64,000 bases of DNA, from assembly GCA_027858235.1 (NCBI GenBank), contig JAQIDC010000028.1:11184-75183 (forward strand), written 5' to 3'. Shown piece after piece: positions 30,067 to 38,670 of the stretch. Under the pieces are notes generated by a model. That model worked only from the letters and a program-made list of their open reading frames with translations, ran no database searches and was not told where the DNA came from. This DNA comes from Patescibacteria group bacterium. GTDB lineage: Bacteria; Patescibacteriota; Patescibacteriia; Patescibacteriales; BM507. Each line of letters starts with the position of its first letter. Position 1 is the stretch's first letter. The translations under genes were made by a program, and so were the position numbers.

Positions 30067-30492
30067 CTAGGATGCTTTCTTATCTAATTTAGCACCGTAT
30101 TTTGATCTAGACTGTTTTCTTCCTTGTACACCTTGAGTATCATAAACACCACGAATCACTTTGTAACGTACACCCGGTAAATCTTTTGTTTTACCACCTT
30201 TAACCAATACAATTGAATGTTCTTGTAGGTTATGTCCCATTCCTGGAATATAGGCTGTAACTTCCATTCCATTAGAAAGTCTAACACGAGCAATCTTACG
30301 CAAAGCTGAGTTAGGTTTCTTTGGTGTAGTTGTTGTAACCTTCAAACAAACCCCTCTTCTAAATGGAGCTCCTTTTTTTAACTCAGTTCTCTTTCTATGA
30401 AGAGTATCAAGAGTTGATTGTAGTGCTGGGTACTTACTTTTTGAAGTTGTTTTTTTTCGTCCTATTCGAACTAATTGGTTCATTGTTGGCAT
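30067..30492 (-). CDS. rpsL: Ribosomal protein S12
   Basis: Sequence similarity. Confidence 0.9.
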   Translation of the reverse strand: MPTMNQLVRIGRKKTTSKSKYPALQSTLDTLHRKRTELKKGAPFRRGVCLKVTTTTPKKPNSALRKIARVRLSNGMEVTAYIPGMGHNLQEHSIVLVKGGKTKDLPGVRYKVIRGVYDTQGVQGRKQSRSKYGAKLDKKAS

Positions 30493-30695
30493 ACTATAAT
30501 ATTTGGTTTATCTAAAAAATTTATTAATACTAAAACAAACCCCTCGTAAAAGGGATATGAAATTTCTTCATTAAATTTATCAAAATATTTAAAATAAGTC
30601 AAGAGCTAAAAGAATGAAGATTTTTGATTTTTGATTGAATGTTTGATTTGATAATTATTTCCAAAATATTAAATCTTCATCCCCCCCCAATATCG

Positions 30696-30724
30696 TTGAC
30701 ATTACAAACAATCTTCATTAATAT
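30696..30724 (+). promoter_or_regulatory. Sigma-70-like promoter: TTGACA, 17-nt spacer, TAATAT
   Basis: Hexamers read directly, upstream of the plus-strand gene at 30773. A C8 homopolymer (30681-30688) lies just upstream of the -35. Confidence 0.45.
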
Positions 30725-30772
30725 ACAAAAACTAAATAGCTCTTTAACCTTTTAATGACAATGGAGGTAATT

Positions 30773-31093
30773 ATGACCGTATCCGATGAAACATATTCAT
30801 CCCCACCTACTCCTGCTGTAATTCATATCTTCTCTGAAGATAATCGCCCAAGAGGTTACGTTTTAACATCAGAAAATATTTTTGGTTCACATGGTAGCGA
30901 AAATCTTGAAACTATTTTAAAAAGGTTGTTAAGTCTAATTTTCGAGAAAGAAATCATTGGGAAATTCACAATCGCCACCTACCCTCCAAAAGCTTATGCT
31001 GGTCAACTCAACCGTAAACCATCTCCACTAACCCAAGAAGACACAATAACTATCAAAAACATATTCAACTGCACAATTAAAACAGAAGAATAA
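30773..31093 (+). CDS. Hypothetical protein (106 aa)
   Basis: The ORF track starts at 30755. The ATG at 30773 has GGAGGT 5 nt upstream, so start chosen by inference. Confidence 0.5.
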   Translation: MTVSDETYSSPPTPAVIHIFSEDNRPRGYVLTSENIFGSHGSENLETILKRLLSLIFEKEIIGKFTIATYPPKAYAGQLNRKPSPLTQEDTITIKNIFNCTIKTEE

Positions 31094-31118
31094 AAAACCA
31101 CTACTCAACAAAAACGTT

Positions 31119-31154
31119 CTGCATTTCAACTCCGGGTACAACCAGGAGCCAGCT
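31119..31154 (+). repeat. 36-nt direct repeat, copy A (CTGCATTTCAACTCCGGGTACAACCAGGAGCCAGCT)
   Basis: Identical to 32543..32578. With flanks the match is about 45 nt with 3 differences. Confidence 0.7.
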
Positions 31155-31183
31155 GGTAAAAATAAAGTGACAGAAAGGTGCTA

Positions 31184-31212
31184 TTGACAAATACATAAAT
31201 ATGTTCTATATT
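31184..31212 (+). promoter_or_regulatory. Sigma-70-like promoter: TTGACA, 17-nt spacer, TATATT
   Basis: Read directly, upstream of the lipoprotein gene. Confidence 0.45.
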
Positions 31213-31318
31213 AATATATTGTCCTTTTACATTTCTATGTTAGAACTCTGTAAACAATCAAAGTTACGTGTTCTCATTTTGAGAACATAAACAATCACAA
31301 ACCAAAAAAGGAGTTTTT

Positions 31319-31846
31319 ATGAAAAACCATGTCGCAATTATTTTCATTCTTGTGTCTCTCTTCCTCTCTGCCTGCTCGGCAAATGTTAATCAAACTTCGA
31401 AGTTTGACCCCGAACACGCCAACCATCACTTCAGCTTTCATCAAGAAGGTAACGATTATTCCCGAGGTTCATTCTATTATTTAAAGGATTTTCGTTTATT
31501 AGTTGAAGTCCAGTCCGTGATAATTCACTCCAACAGCAAGGCCGCTCATAACTACAATCAAGCAAATTGCATTAATGTTGCCACAATTATGAATCAACTT
31601 GAAGAAAATGGCTACTACTTAATGGAAGTTAAAAATGTCGACCACATTGAAAAAATCGCGACTAAACAAGTCATTATCAATGTCGGAAAAACTCCTTATG
31701 TCAGTGGAGGTACTTTCACCACAGACGAACAATCGATGTACATAACAAATCGAAACTTTATCGAATCTGGAGCAGTCCAGATTGAGATTAGGATTTCAAA
31801 TAGAAATATGATTGAAGAAATTGAAGATGCAATTTCAAAAATTTAA
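31319..31846 (+). CDS. Hypothetical lipoprotein (signal peptide with an LSAC lipobox)
   Basis: MKNHVAIIFILVSLFLSACSANV... with an AAGGAG RBS. Confidence 0.6.
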   Translation: MKNHVAIIFILVSLFLSACSANVNQTSKFDPEHANHHFSFHQEGNDYSRGSFYYLKDFRLLVEVQSVIIHSNSKAAHNYNQANCINVATIMNQLEENGYYLMEVKNVDHIEKIATKQVIINVGKTPYVSGGTFTTDEQSMYITNRNFIESGAVQIEIRISNRNMIEEIEDAISKI

Positions 31847-31863
31847 TCAAAAAGTTTCCGCCA

Positions 31864-32525
31864 CGTCACAGTCTCTCGCCAGAGGACTGTGACGTTTTTT
31901 TATTTAGATAAATTATATCTTTTTATGATACAATATTTTTATGTCAACGAGAAACAGAATATCTATTCCGAATGAAACATATTTTATAACATTCACTATT
32001 CTTGGGTGGAAGAATATTTTTGTTCAAGATAAATACTTTGATTTAATATACAGGTGGTTTGACTATGTGAAGGAGAAATACAACAACACCATTTATTCAT
32101 ACGTGATAATGCCAAATCACATTCATTTGCTAATAAAAATATCAGCTAAATCACCTACACTTTCGGTGTTAATAATGAACGCTAAACGATTTCTGGCATA
32201 CGACATAGTTAAGTTCTTGAAAGAGGATAATAAAAGTGAATTTTTAGATTTTTTTAATCAAAATGCGAGGAAGAATGTTGGGGCCAAACATAAGCTATTT
32301 GAAAACAGATTCGATTCATTAATTATCCAAAGTGAGAAATTCTTCCTTGAAAAACTTAACTATATCCACAAAAATCCCTGCAACAAACATTGGAGACTAG
32401 CAGATTCTCCTGAAAATTTTAAACACTCCAGCGCATCAAACTATACTCTCGGGAAAGGTCACTATGATATTGATGTTATGGATATATAAAACGACATCAC
32501 AGTCCTCTGACGAGAGACTGTGACG
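31864..32525 (+). mobile_element. IS200/IS605-family or RAYT-like minimal element: subterminal hairpins flanking a Y1 HuH transposase gene
   Basis: The left hairpin CGTCACAGTC-TCTCGCCAGAG-GACTGTGACG (31864-31894) is followed by T7, so it doubles as a terminator. The right hairpin CATCACAGTC-CTCTGACGAGA-GACTGTGACG (32495-32525) is its inverted copy. Total size is about 660 bp. Confidence 0.6.
31941..32489 (+). CDS. Y1 HuH tyrosine transposase (IS200-like TnpA / REP-associated tyrosine transposase)
   Basis: 182 aa with the HuH motif VIMPNHIHLLI and a C-terminal catalytic Tyr region. Confidence 0.7.
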   Translation: MSTRNRISIPNETYFITFTILGWKNIFVQDKYFDLIYRWFDYVKEKYNNTIYSYVIMPNHIHLLIKISAKSPTLSVLIMNAKRFLAYDIVKFLKEDNKSEFLDFFNQNARKNVGAKHKLFENRFDSLIIQSEKFFLEKLNYIHKNPCNKHWRLADSPENFKHSSASNYTLGKGHYDIDVMDI

Positions 32526-32542
32526 AGGCAAAAAAAAACGCA

Positions 32543-32578
32543 CTGCATTTCAACTCCGGGTACAACCAGGAGCCAGCT
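32543..32578 (+). repeat. 36-nt direct repeat, copy B, immediately after the right IS hairpin
   Basis: Identical to 31119..31154. Confidence 0.7.
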
Positions 32579-32857
32579 AGATACGAACTTATTTATACTT
32601 TTCTTGTGAACATTGGGAAATTTTGGAAGAAAATGAAGCGCCCGCCTGGCTCGAAATTAACAACCCTATATAATCATAATGCTTAATATCGCTAAACATG
32701 GAAAGTATATTTAATGTGTTAACGACATTTCGGACAGGTAGAAAGCTCCATAAAATGTCCGCTGTTTGAGGAATGAAACGCTAGTGTAATGACGAGTTCG
32801 GAATTTTATTAGCTTTCATAGCGTAATGATCCAAAATTTACCAGTTCACTGTTTTTG

Positions 32858-32877
32858 GTACTTTTTCGAAAAAGTAC
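32858..32877. repeat. Perfect 20-nt palindrome GTACTTTTTCGAAAAAGTAC in a 400-bp non-coding stretch
   Basis: Read directly. Confidence 0.6.
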
Positions 32878-32981
32878 ATAAGAAATAAGAGATTTCTCCA
32901 CTCTCTTCGTTCGGCCGAAATGACAAAATGCTCTTGGGGTGAAAAAATACTTAAAGAATATTCAAAACATCAAACATCCCA

Positions 32982-33482
32982 TTATTTTCCATTATAATAA
33001 TTAATTGACTCATCAATAACTGAAATTCCTTTTATTTTTTTGTTTTTTAGATTTTCTTTTACTAATTTTATTTCGGAGATATCTTCTATTATAAAATCTG
33101 ACATTGAGAACACAAAAGGATGAATCCAATCTTCTATAAAAGAATCTTTGATTTGAATATTTTTTCTGCGATGATAGGTGTCCTTAGGTAACACTGTGAC
33201 TATTGGCTTATTGAAATATTTTGCTATTACCATCTCCTGAGAAGTTCCTACGCCCATCTGATTTTCTGCGTTGACAATAACTATGTCTGAATTCTTAATC
33301 AGCTTACAATCAAAACCAAAAACACCAAAAAAATCACTTTCATCAGCAGTCCTGTCAAAAGGATCGATAAATTCAGTATCAAAATATTTTTTAATAACTT
33401 CCGAATAATCAATCCTCCAGTTTTTAAAATTTTTCACCTTCTTCTTTCCCTTTGGGACTTTGCCTGCTAAATAAATTTTCAT
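32982..33482 (-). CDS. Nucleoside 2-deoxyribosyltransferase-like protein
   Basis: 166 aa beginning MKIYLAGK, consistent with that fold. Confidence 0.5.
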   Translation of the reverse strand: MKIYLAGKVPKGKKKVKNFKNWRIDYSEVIKKYFDTEFIDPFDRTADESDFFGVFGFDCKLIKNSDIVIVNAENQMGVGTSQEMVIAKYFNKPIVTVLPKDTYHRRKNIQIKDSFIEDWIHPFVFSMSDFIIEDISEIKLVKENLKNKKIKGISVIDESINYYNGK

Positions 33483-33536
33483 AAATTATCCTATTCAAAA
33501 TTAATTCTAAATTCGTAAATCTAAATTTTTAATTCC

Positions 33537-34160
33537 TTAAGCCCCCACAATCAACCTAAACAAAAAACTAATCACAGGAATTATAAATTGAAAACCAACC
33601 ATCACAAAAGCTAGCACTAAAATAAACCCATATTGCTCCATTTTCAAAAATCGTATCTTCCAATGATAAGGCAGGAACGGCATTAGTATTTTTGAGCCAT
33701 CTAGAGGCGGAATTGGCATTAGATTAAAAATCATTAAAAGAAGATTGATTTGGACTATTATCACTATAAAATCAAACATCATTTGATTTACAAAAAATGG
33801 TTGAGTAGCAAGAATAATTCTCAAAACCAAACCAAAAAACAAGGCCATTATTAGGTTAGCGAAGGGTCCAGCAGCCGCTACTTTCGCTCCTCCATAAATT
33901 CTGTCTCGCAAATTGTTTGGATTAAAAGGAACTGGTTTCGCCCAACCGAAGACAAAAGAGGCTCCTGTTGATATTAAGATAAAAGGCAAAAGTAGTGACC
34001 CAATTGGGTCTATATGTGGTATCGGATTCATAGTTAGTCTCCCCTCATCCTTGGCGGTAGTATCCCCCAGTCTTTCAGCCATCCAACCATGCATATATTC
34101 ATGAATAATAGCCGAATATATAAGAACTACTACTGAAAAAATTACAATTTGTATATCCAT
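33537..34160 (-). CDS. Site-2 protease (M50) family membrane metalloprotease
   Basis: HEYMHG (HExxH) in a TM context and a polytopic membrane protein. Confidence 0.7.
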   Translation of the reverse strand: MDIQIVIFSVVVLIYSAIIHEYMHGWMAERLGDTTAKDEGRLTMNPIPHIDPIGSLLLPFILISTGASFVFGWAKPVPFNPNNLRDRIYGGAKVAAAGPFANLIMALFFGLVLRIILATQPFFVNQMMFDFIVIIVQINLLLMIFNLMPIPPLDGSKILMPFLPYHWKIRFLKMEQYGFILVLAFVMVGFQFIIPVISFLFRLIVGA

Positions 34161-34206
34161 TTTTAATTGATTATAGTTAATTATTACCTAGATATTAACA
34201 CAGCTT

Positions 34207-34235
34207 GATTAATTTATCAAAAGGTGTTAATATCA
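34207..34235 (+). promoter_or_regulatory. Sigma-70-like promoter: TTGATT, 17-nt spacer, TAATAT, upstream of rpmB
   Basis: Read directly. Confidence 0.35.
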
Positions 34236-34308
34236 TATCTATAAAATAAAGATATTAATTATATATTTATAAAACCATTTAAAAATGTTTTATAAATTTT
34301 TTTGTGTT

Positions 34309-34479
34309 ATGGCAAGGCAATGTGAATTGTGTGGAAGAGGTTCATCTAAGGATGCTTCAAGATCTCACTCAAATATTAAAACAATCAAAAGACAATACAT
34401 AAATTTGCAAACTAAAAAAATTGGCGACAAAAAATACAAAGTTTGCACTTCATGTTTAAGAACTCTAGCGAAAGCTTAA
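34309..34479 (+). CDS. rpmB: Ribosomal protein L28
   Basis: MARQCELCGRG...SRSHSN..TKR..NLQ matches bL28. The ORF track starts earlier at 34285, and the ATG at 34309 gives the canonical MAR N-terminus. Confidence 0.8.
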   Translation: MARQCELCGRGSSKDASRSHSNIKTIKRQYINLQTKKIGDKKYKVCTSCLRTLAKA

Positions 34480-34493
34480 GGCTTTTTTCAATT

Positions 34494-34527
34494 AAAAAAA
34501 CTTCTTATTATTTAAGAAGTTTTTTTT
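34494..34527. terminator. Bidirectional intrinsic terminator (AAAAAAACTTCTTA-TTATT-TAAGAAGTTTTTTTT)
   Basis: Between the convergent rpmB and acyP. Confidence 0.65.
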
Positions 34528-34547
34528 GTATCTACAATCCTATATAT

Positions 34548-34826
34548 TTAATGTTGCATTATTTCAAAATTCTCTAGACCCTCATCAATTTCACTCTCTT
34601 CATGTTCAACTTTTTTCACTTTAGCCAATTCCGGTCCTTCACTGCACGAATCAAGATAATCATCTAAATTCTCTTTTGTTCCTTGAACAAGCGTGTAAAC
34701 ATTCCCATTGTCTTGATTCCTAACAAAACCAACCAAATCCAAGTCTCTTGCTCTTTGTTTCAACCAAAATCTAAAACCTATTCCTTTTACATCCCCCTTT
34801 ATTTTTATTGCATATTGAATCTTCAT
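34548..34826 (-). CDS. acyP: Acylphosphatase
   Basis: 92 aa with the VKGIGFRF motif. Confidence 0.75.
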   Translation of the reverse strand: MKIQYAIKIKGDVKGIGFRFWLKQRARDLDLVGFVRNQDNGNVYTLVQGTKENLDDYLDSCSEGPELAKVKKVEHEESEIDEGLENFEIMQH

Positions 34827-34953
34827 ATTACAAAAAATACAGTGCAGTTAATATCCCTGCTAAACTAATTAATTCTATGGAAAAAATTTTTATAAAAGTA
34901 ATTCCCATTTTATCTATTTCAACAAACATATTATTTAAATAAATAATAACATT

Positions 34954-35361
34954 CTATTCTTCATCCTCTTCACTCGGCAAATTATCAATCTTCTCTTTAA
35001 CTATTCTTGCTACATCATCTAATTTCCAGTCAGTCTTTACTAAAAAATCGAATACGCCAACCTTGGAAGCTTCGGCCACATGAACTGGATCAGAAATATT
35101 AGTCAACATAATAATAGGCACATCTGCTCCCCACTTATCATCTTCCCTAATTTTATTCATAACAGTTAGGCCGTCCATCTTTGGCATCATAATATCAAGC
35201 ATTATAAGGTCTGGATTTTTTTTTAGGGCAATGTTAAGACCCTCTTCTCCATCGTTTGCAACCAAAACATTATAATCTTTTTTTAGTTTTAAAGATAAAG
35301 CTTCAGCCATTGAAAATTGATCTTCAACTATTAATACTGTTCTTTTATTTGATTTTCCCAT
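34954..35361 (-). CDS. Stand-alone response-regulator receiver domain (CheY-like, no output domain)
   Basis: Phospho-acceptor D in LIMLDIMMP and the KVGVFDFLVK motif. Confidence 0.8.
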   Translation of the reverse strand: MGKSNKRTVLIVEDQFSMAEALSLKLKKDYNVLVANDGEEGLNIALKKNPDLIMLDIMMPKMDGLTVMNKIREDDKWGADVPIIMLTNISDPVHVAEASKVGVFDFLVKTDWKLDDVARIVKEKIDNLPSEEDEE

Positions 35362-35436
35362 ACTTTTATATAAATTAGATTAAAATAACCCAAGGGGTTT
35401 CCCTGTAGCTGGGAATTTATGTTCCTCAGCTGTAAA

Positions 35437-36531
35437 TTAAACAGACAAAGATTTTGTTCCTCCTTTTTTTTTCATTCCCCCTAGAGGAATCTTAATAAAT
35501 ATTGTTGTGCCTGCATTTTTTATATCTCCATTATTTTTGCCGAAAGGCTCCCTGCTCGGAGACTCAAACCAAACACTACCTCCTGATTTTTCAATAATAG
35601 CCTTAATTATATAAAGCCCCAAGCCCGTCCCAACTGATTCAATTTTTTTAACATTATCAGCTCTAAATAATTTAGTAAATATTTTGGATTGTTGCTCTTC
35701 TGGAATACCGCACCCCTTGTCTGATACTTTTATTAAAATATCCTTATCCTCTTTTTTAATTGATATTTTTATGGACTCATTGTCTGGAGTATATTTAACA
35801 GAATTAGAAATTAAATTTTCAAAAACAAGTCTCATTAAAGAAGGATCAACATTTAATTCTGGAATTTCATCGTACTCTTTTATGATATTTATCCCCTTGC
35901 TATCTATTTCTTTTTTAAACTTCTTTATAATTTCATCTGAAACAGGTATTATATCAGACATCTCTGGATTGATTGAAAATGTCCCTAAGTCAATTCTAGA
36001 TACAATTAGAAGACTATTCACGAGTTCTATCATTCTTTCGTTGGCTTTGTATGTTTCTCTTAGATACTTCAACTGATCTCCTTTTACTTCGCCGGCATCA
36101 CCCGAAACGATATAATCTATATACCACTTTATAATAGAAAGAGGGGTTCTTAATTGATGTGAGGCCAAGGAAACAAAATCGACCTTAGCTGCCTCAATTT
36201 CTTTGTTTTTCGAAGCCTTGCTTGTCGCCTTTGATTTGATATCAACCATTAATTTATTTATTGACTCTGCCAGTTTGGATATCTCGTCACAACCATGAAC
36301 TTCTAATTTCTCTTCATACCCCCCTGCTCCAAGCTCCTCTATTCTTCTTTTTAATATCTTTAATTTCTCGTCTTGTTTTCTAAAAACAAAGAAGATTAAA
36401 AGAAGAACAAAATAAAAAAATATCAAGTTGCTTATTAAAATAACAACGACATCATCAACCCAAAAAATTGTCACAAGAAAAAATACAAATGATGAGTATA
36501 TTATTGCAGTAATTTTATTTGATAGTTTCAT
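35437..36531 (-). CDS. Sensor histidine kinase (two N-terminal TM helices, HisKA and HATPase)
   Basis: H-box SHQLRTPLS and G-box GTGLGL. Confidence 0.85.
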   Translation of the reverse strand: MKLSNKITAIIYSSFVFFLVTIFWVDDVVVILISNLIFFYFVLLLIFFVFRKQDEKLKILKRRIEELGAGGYEEKLEVHGCDEISKLAESINKLMVDIKSKATSKASKNKEIEAAKVDFVSLASHQLRTPLSIIKWYIDYIVSGDAGEVKGDQLKYLRETYKANERMIELVNSLLIVSRIDLGTFSINPEMSDIIPVSDEIIKKFKKEIDSKGINIIKEYDEIPELNVDPSLMRLVFENLISNSVKYTPDNESIKISIKKEDKDILIKVSDKGCGIPEEQQSKIFTKLFRADNVKKIESVGTGLGLYIIKAIIEKSGGSVWFESPSREPFGKNNGDIKNAGTTIFIKIPLGGMKKKGGTKSLSV

Positions 36532-36651
36532 AGGGTAAACTTATCTTCTAATTTTACACTAATATTTGTTTTTCGTAAAACAAAAATACCGGGTAAACTC
36601 CGATATTCCTGTTTATATTAAATATAGCTTTAATTACAATCGAAATCGTCT

Positions 36652-36698
36652 CTGCTTTTTATGAGACCAAAACATCTTAACCGTCTCATAAAAAGAGC
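36652..36698. promoter_or_regulatory. 13-bp perfect inverted repeat (CTTTTTATGAGAC...15 nt...GTCTCATAAAAAG) in the divergent HK / RND-operon control region
   Basis: Read directly. Candidate operator. Confidence 0.35.
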
Positions 36699-36858
36699 TA
36701 AAATCAAGAATGAAGAGACTCCCCAAGAGAAACAAGCCGATTATCCCAGAGATTGCTAACATAATAAATGCCATGAATGGGACGCCTAATACCAATTTAG
36801 CTAAAAATAATGAAGGTAAAAAACTCTTTTTTCTTTTTAATATTAGACAAATTTATGA

Positions 36859-36887
36859 TTGACAAAAAAATACAATTATGATAAATT
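36859..36887 (+). promoter_or_regulatory. Sigma-70-like promoter (TTGACA, 17 nt, TAAATT) for the MFP-RND operon
   Basis: Read directly. Confidence 0.4.
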
Positions 36888-36929
36888 GTCATTTCGATAA
36901 ATTTTAAAAATAATTTCACATAAAACATT

Positions 36930-38669
36930 ATGAACATAAATTTTAAGAATAAATACATAATTATTAGTTTGATTGTCTTATTGATATTCTTGCTTGCATT
37001 CTTTGTATTAAAAGATAATGAAGAAGAAGAAAGTGTTCCTGAAAAAATAGCGATACCTGTTTCTGTCATAAGTGTGGGGAATGAAAGTGTTGACCAAGAT
37101 AAAATAGAAGCTGTTGGCTCCGTAAAAGCTGATTCGCAAATTAAATTAGTTGCCATGGAATCTGCCACTGTCAGAGGAGTCTTTTTTGACATTGGAGATA
37201 ATATAGTTTTGGGTCAAAGATTGGTATCTCTCGGGGACAATACAATCTCTTCCAATCTACTCATCGCTCAGAACGATTACCTAAGCAGAAAAAATAGTCT
37301 TGAAATTGTCAAAACATCGACTGAACAAGACATCCAATCATCAGAAATTAATGTAGCGAACGCAAGGGAAAGCCTTGAATTATCCAAAATTCAACTCAAA
37401 ACAGCTCAGGATAATTATGATAATGGAATTATTCAAATTGATAAAAACAAAATTGATCTAAAAAATAATGCTGTTATTACACACAATAATAATTTAAGTA
37501 TTTTATTTGATACTCTCGATCAAATTAACTTCATTATAAAAGCCGAGGGAGATAAACAGATTTCTGGAATTAAAAATGTTATTGCCGCCAAAGATAAACA
37601 GAGCCTAAGCAAATCAACTCTGTCATATTTCAATGCTAAAAACTCCTATACATCCCTTCTCTCCGAACCAGCCAATCCAGAAAAAGCTCTAGACTTAATA
37701 AATAAATCTGTTAATTGTCTGCAACTAACCAAGGTCGCCCTAGATGATTTAATCCTAGTCCTAGATAGTACGGTTAGCTCTGTTGATTTTAGCGAAACAA
37801 CCTTAAGCACGCAAATTTCAAAATTTAATCAACTAAGAATATCTATATTAGGAATTGAAGCAAAAACGAAAAGCTTAGAGCAGTCAATTGAGAATATTGA
37901 AATAAATTCCAAGGCTGATATCGATAGGCTAGATAATTCTTTAGCTGCGGCCAAAAACCAAATTAAACTTTCAGAAATTGCTCTCCAAAATACAGAACTT
38001 GGCCTAGAAAAAACAAAAAATGCAAAAGACCAACAAATTATTTCAGCTGAAATAGCTCAAAATAATACTCTCGGTCAACTCAACCTAGCAAGACAGAGAG
38101 CTGGAGATCTTAGTATTAATAGTCCTATCAGTGGAATCGTCACAAAAAAAATGATTGAAGTTGGTCAAGAAGTGAGCCCTGGAACGCAAATTGGTGAGAT
38201 CTCAAAACTAGACTTAATAAAAATAATTATAATGCTCCCATATGACGAAGCATATAGAATAAAAACTGGAGACGGGGTTCTTATTGAGAATAAGTTCAAA
38301 GGCTTTATATCACAAATAAATCCATCTGCTGATTCATTGAGCAAAAAGGTAGAAGTCGAAATAGCCTACGATAATGAAAACAAAGATTTAATTGCTGAAA
38401 CTTTTGTAAATATTGATATTCCTACCAATAAAAATATTAAATCAAAAAACAACTTTTTTCTCTTACCTCTAAAGGCTGTTTCTATTTCGCAAAACGAAAA
38501 TTTTGTTTTTCTGAATGAAAATGGAATTGCAGTTAAAAGAAAAGTTGAAATTGGAGAAGTTCAAAACAATTTGGTTGAGATAATAACTGGACTATCCGAA
38601 GAAGATAGTCTAATTATTGAGGGGAATAAAAACCTCAACGATGGAGATAAAATTGAAATAAATTTATAA
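36930..38669 (+). CDS. Efflux RND transporter periplasmic adaptor (membrane fusion protein) with a long coiled coil
   Basis: 579 aa with an N-terminal TM, an extended alpha-helical hairpin and a C-terminal beta-barrel motif (SPISGIVTKKMIEVGQEVSPG). Confidence 0.8.
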   Translation: MNINFKNKYIIISLIVLLIFLLAFFVLKDNEEEESVPEKIAIPVSVISVGNESVDQDKIEAVGSVKADSQIKLVAMESATVRGVFFDIGDNIVLGQRLVSLGDNTISSNLLIAQNDYLSRKNSLEIVKTSTEQDIQSSEINVANARESLELSKIQLKTAQDNYDNGIIQIDKNKIDLKNNAVITHNNNLSILFDTLDQINFIIKAEGDKQISGIKNVIAAKDKQSLSKSTLSYFNAKNSYTSLLSEPANPEKALDLINKSVNCLQLTKVALDDLILVLDSTVSSVDFSETTLSTQISKFNQLRISILGIEAKTKSLEQSIENIEINSKADIDRLDNSLAAAKNQIKLSEIALQNTELGLEKTKNAKDQQIISAEIAQNNTLGQLNLARQRAGDLSINSPISGIVTKKMIEVGQEVSPGTQIGEISKLDLIKIIIMLPYDEAYRIKTGDGVLIENKFKGFISQINPSADSLSKKVEVEIAYDNENKDLIAETFVNIDIPTNKNIKSKNNFFLLPLKAVSISQNENFVFLNENGIAVKRKVEIGEVQNNLVEIITGLSEEDSLIIEGNKNLNDGDKIEINL

Positions 38670-38670
38670 T

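Noticed and set aside
31119-32578. CRISPR array, suggested by identical 36-bp direct repeats
   Set aside because: There are only two copies, 1.4 kb apart, and protein-coding genes sit between them. There is no regular repeat-spacer periodicity.
36797-37192. Minus-strand 131-aa ORF
   Set aside because: It overlaps the 5' end of the well-supported membrane-fusion-protein gene and its promoter. It is antisense and low-complexity.
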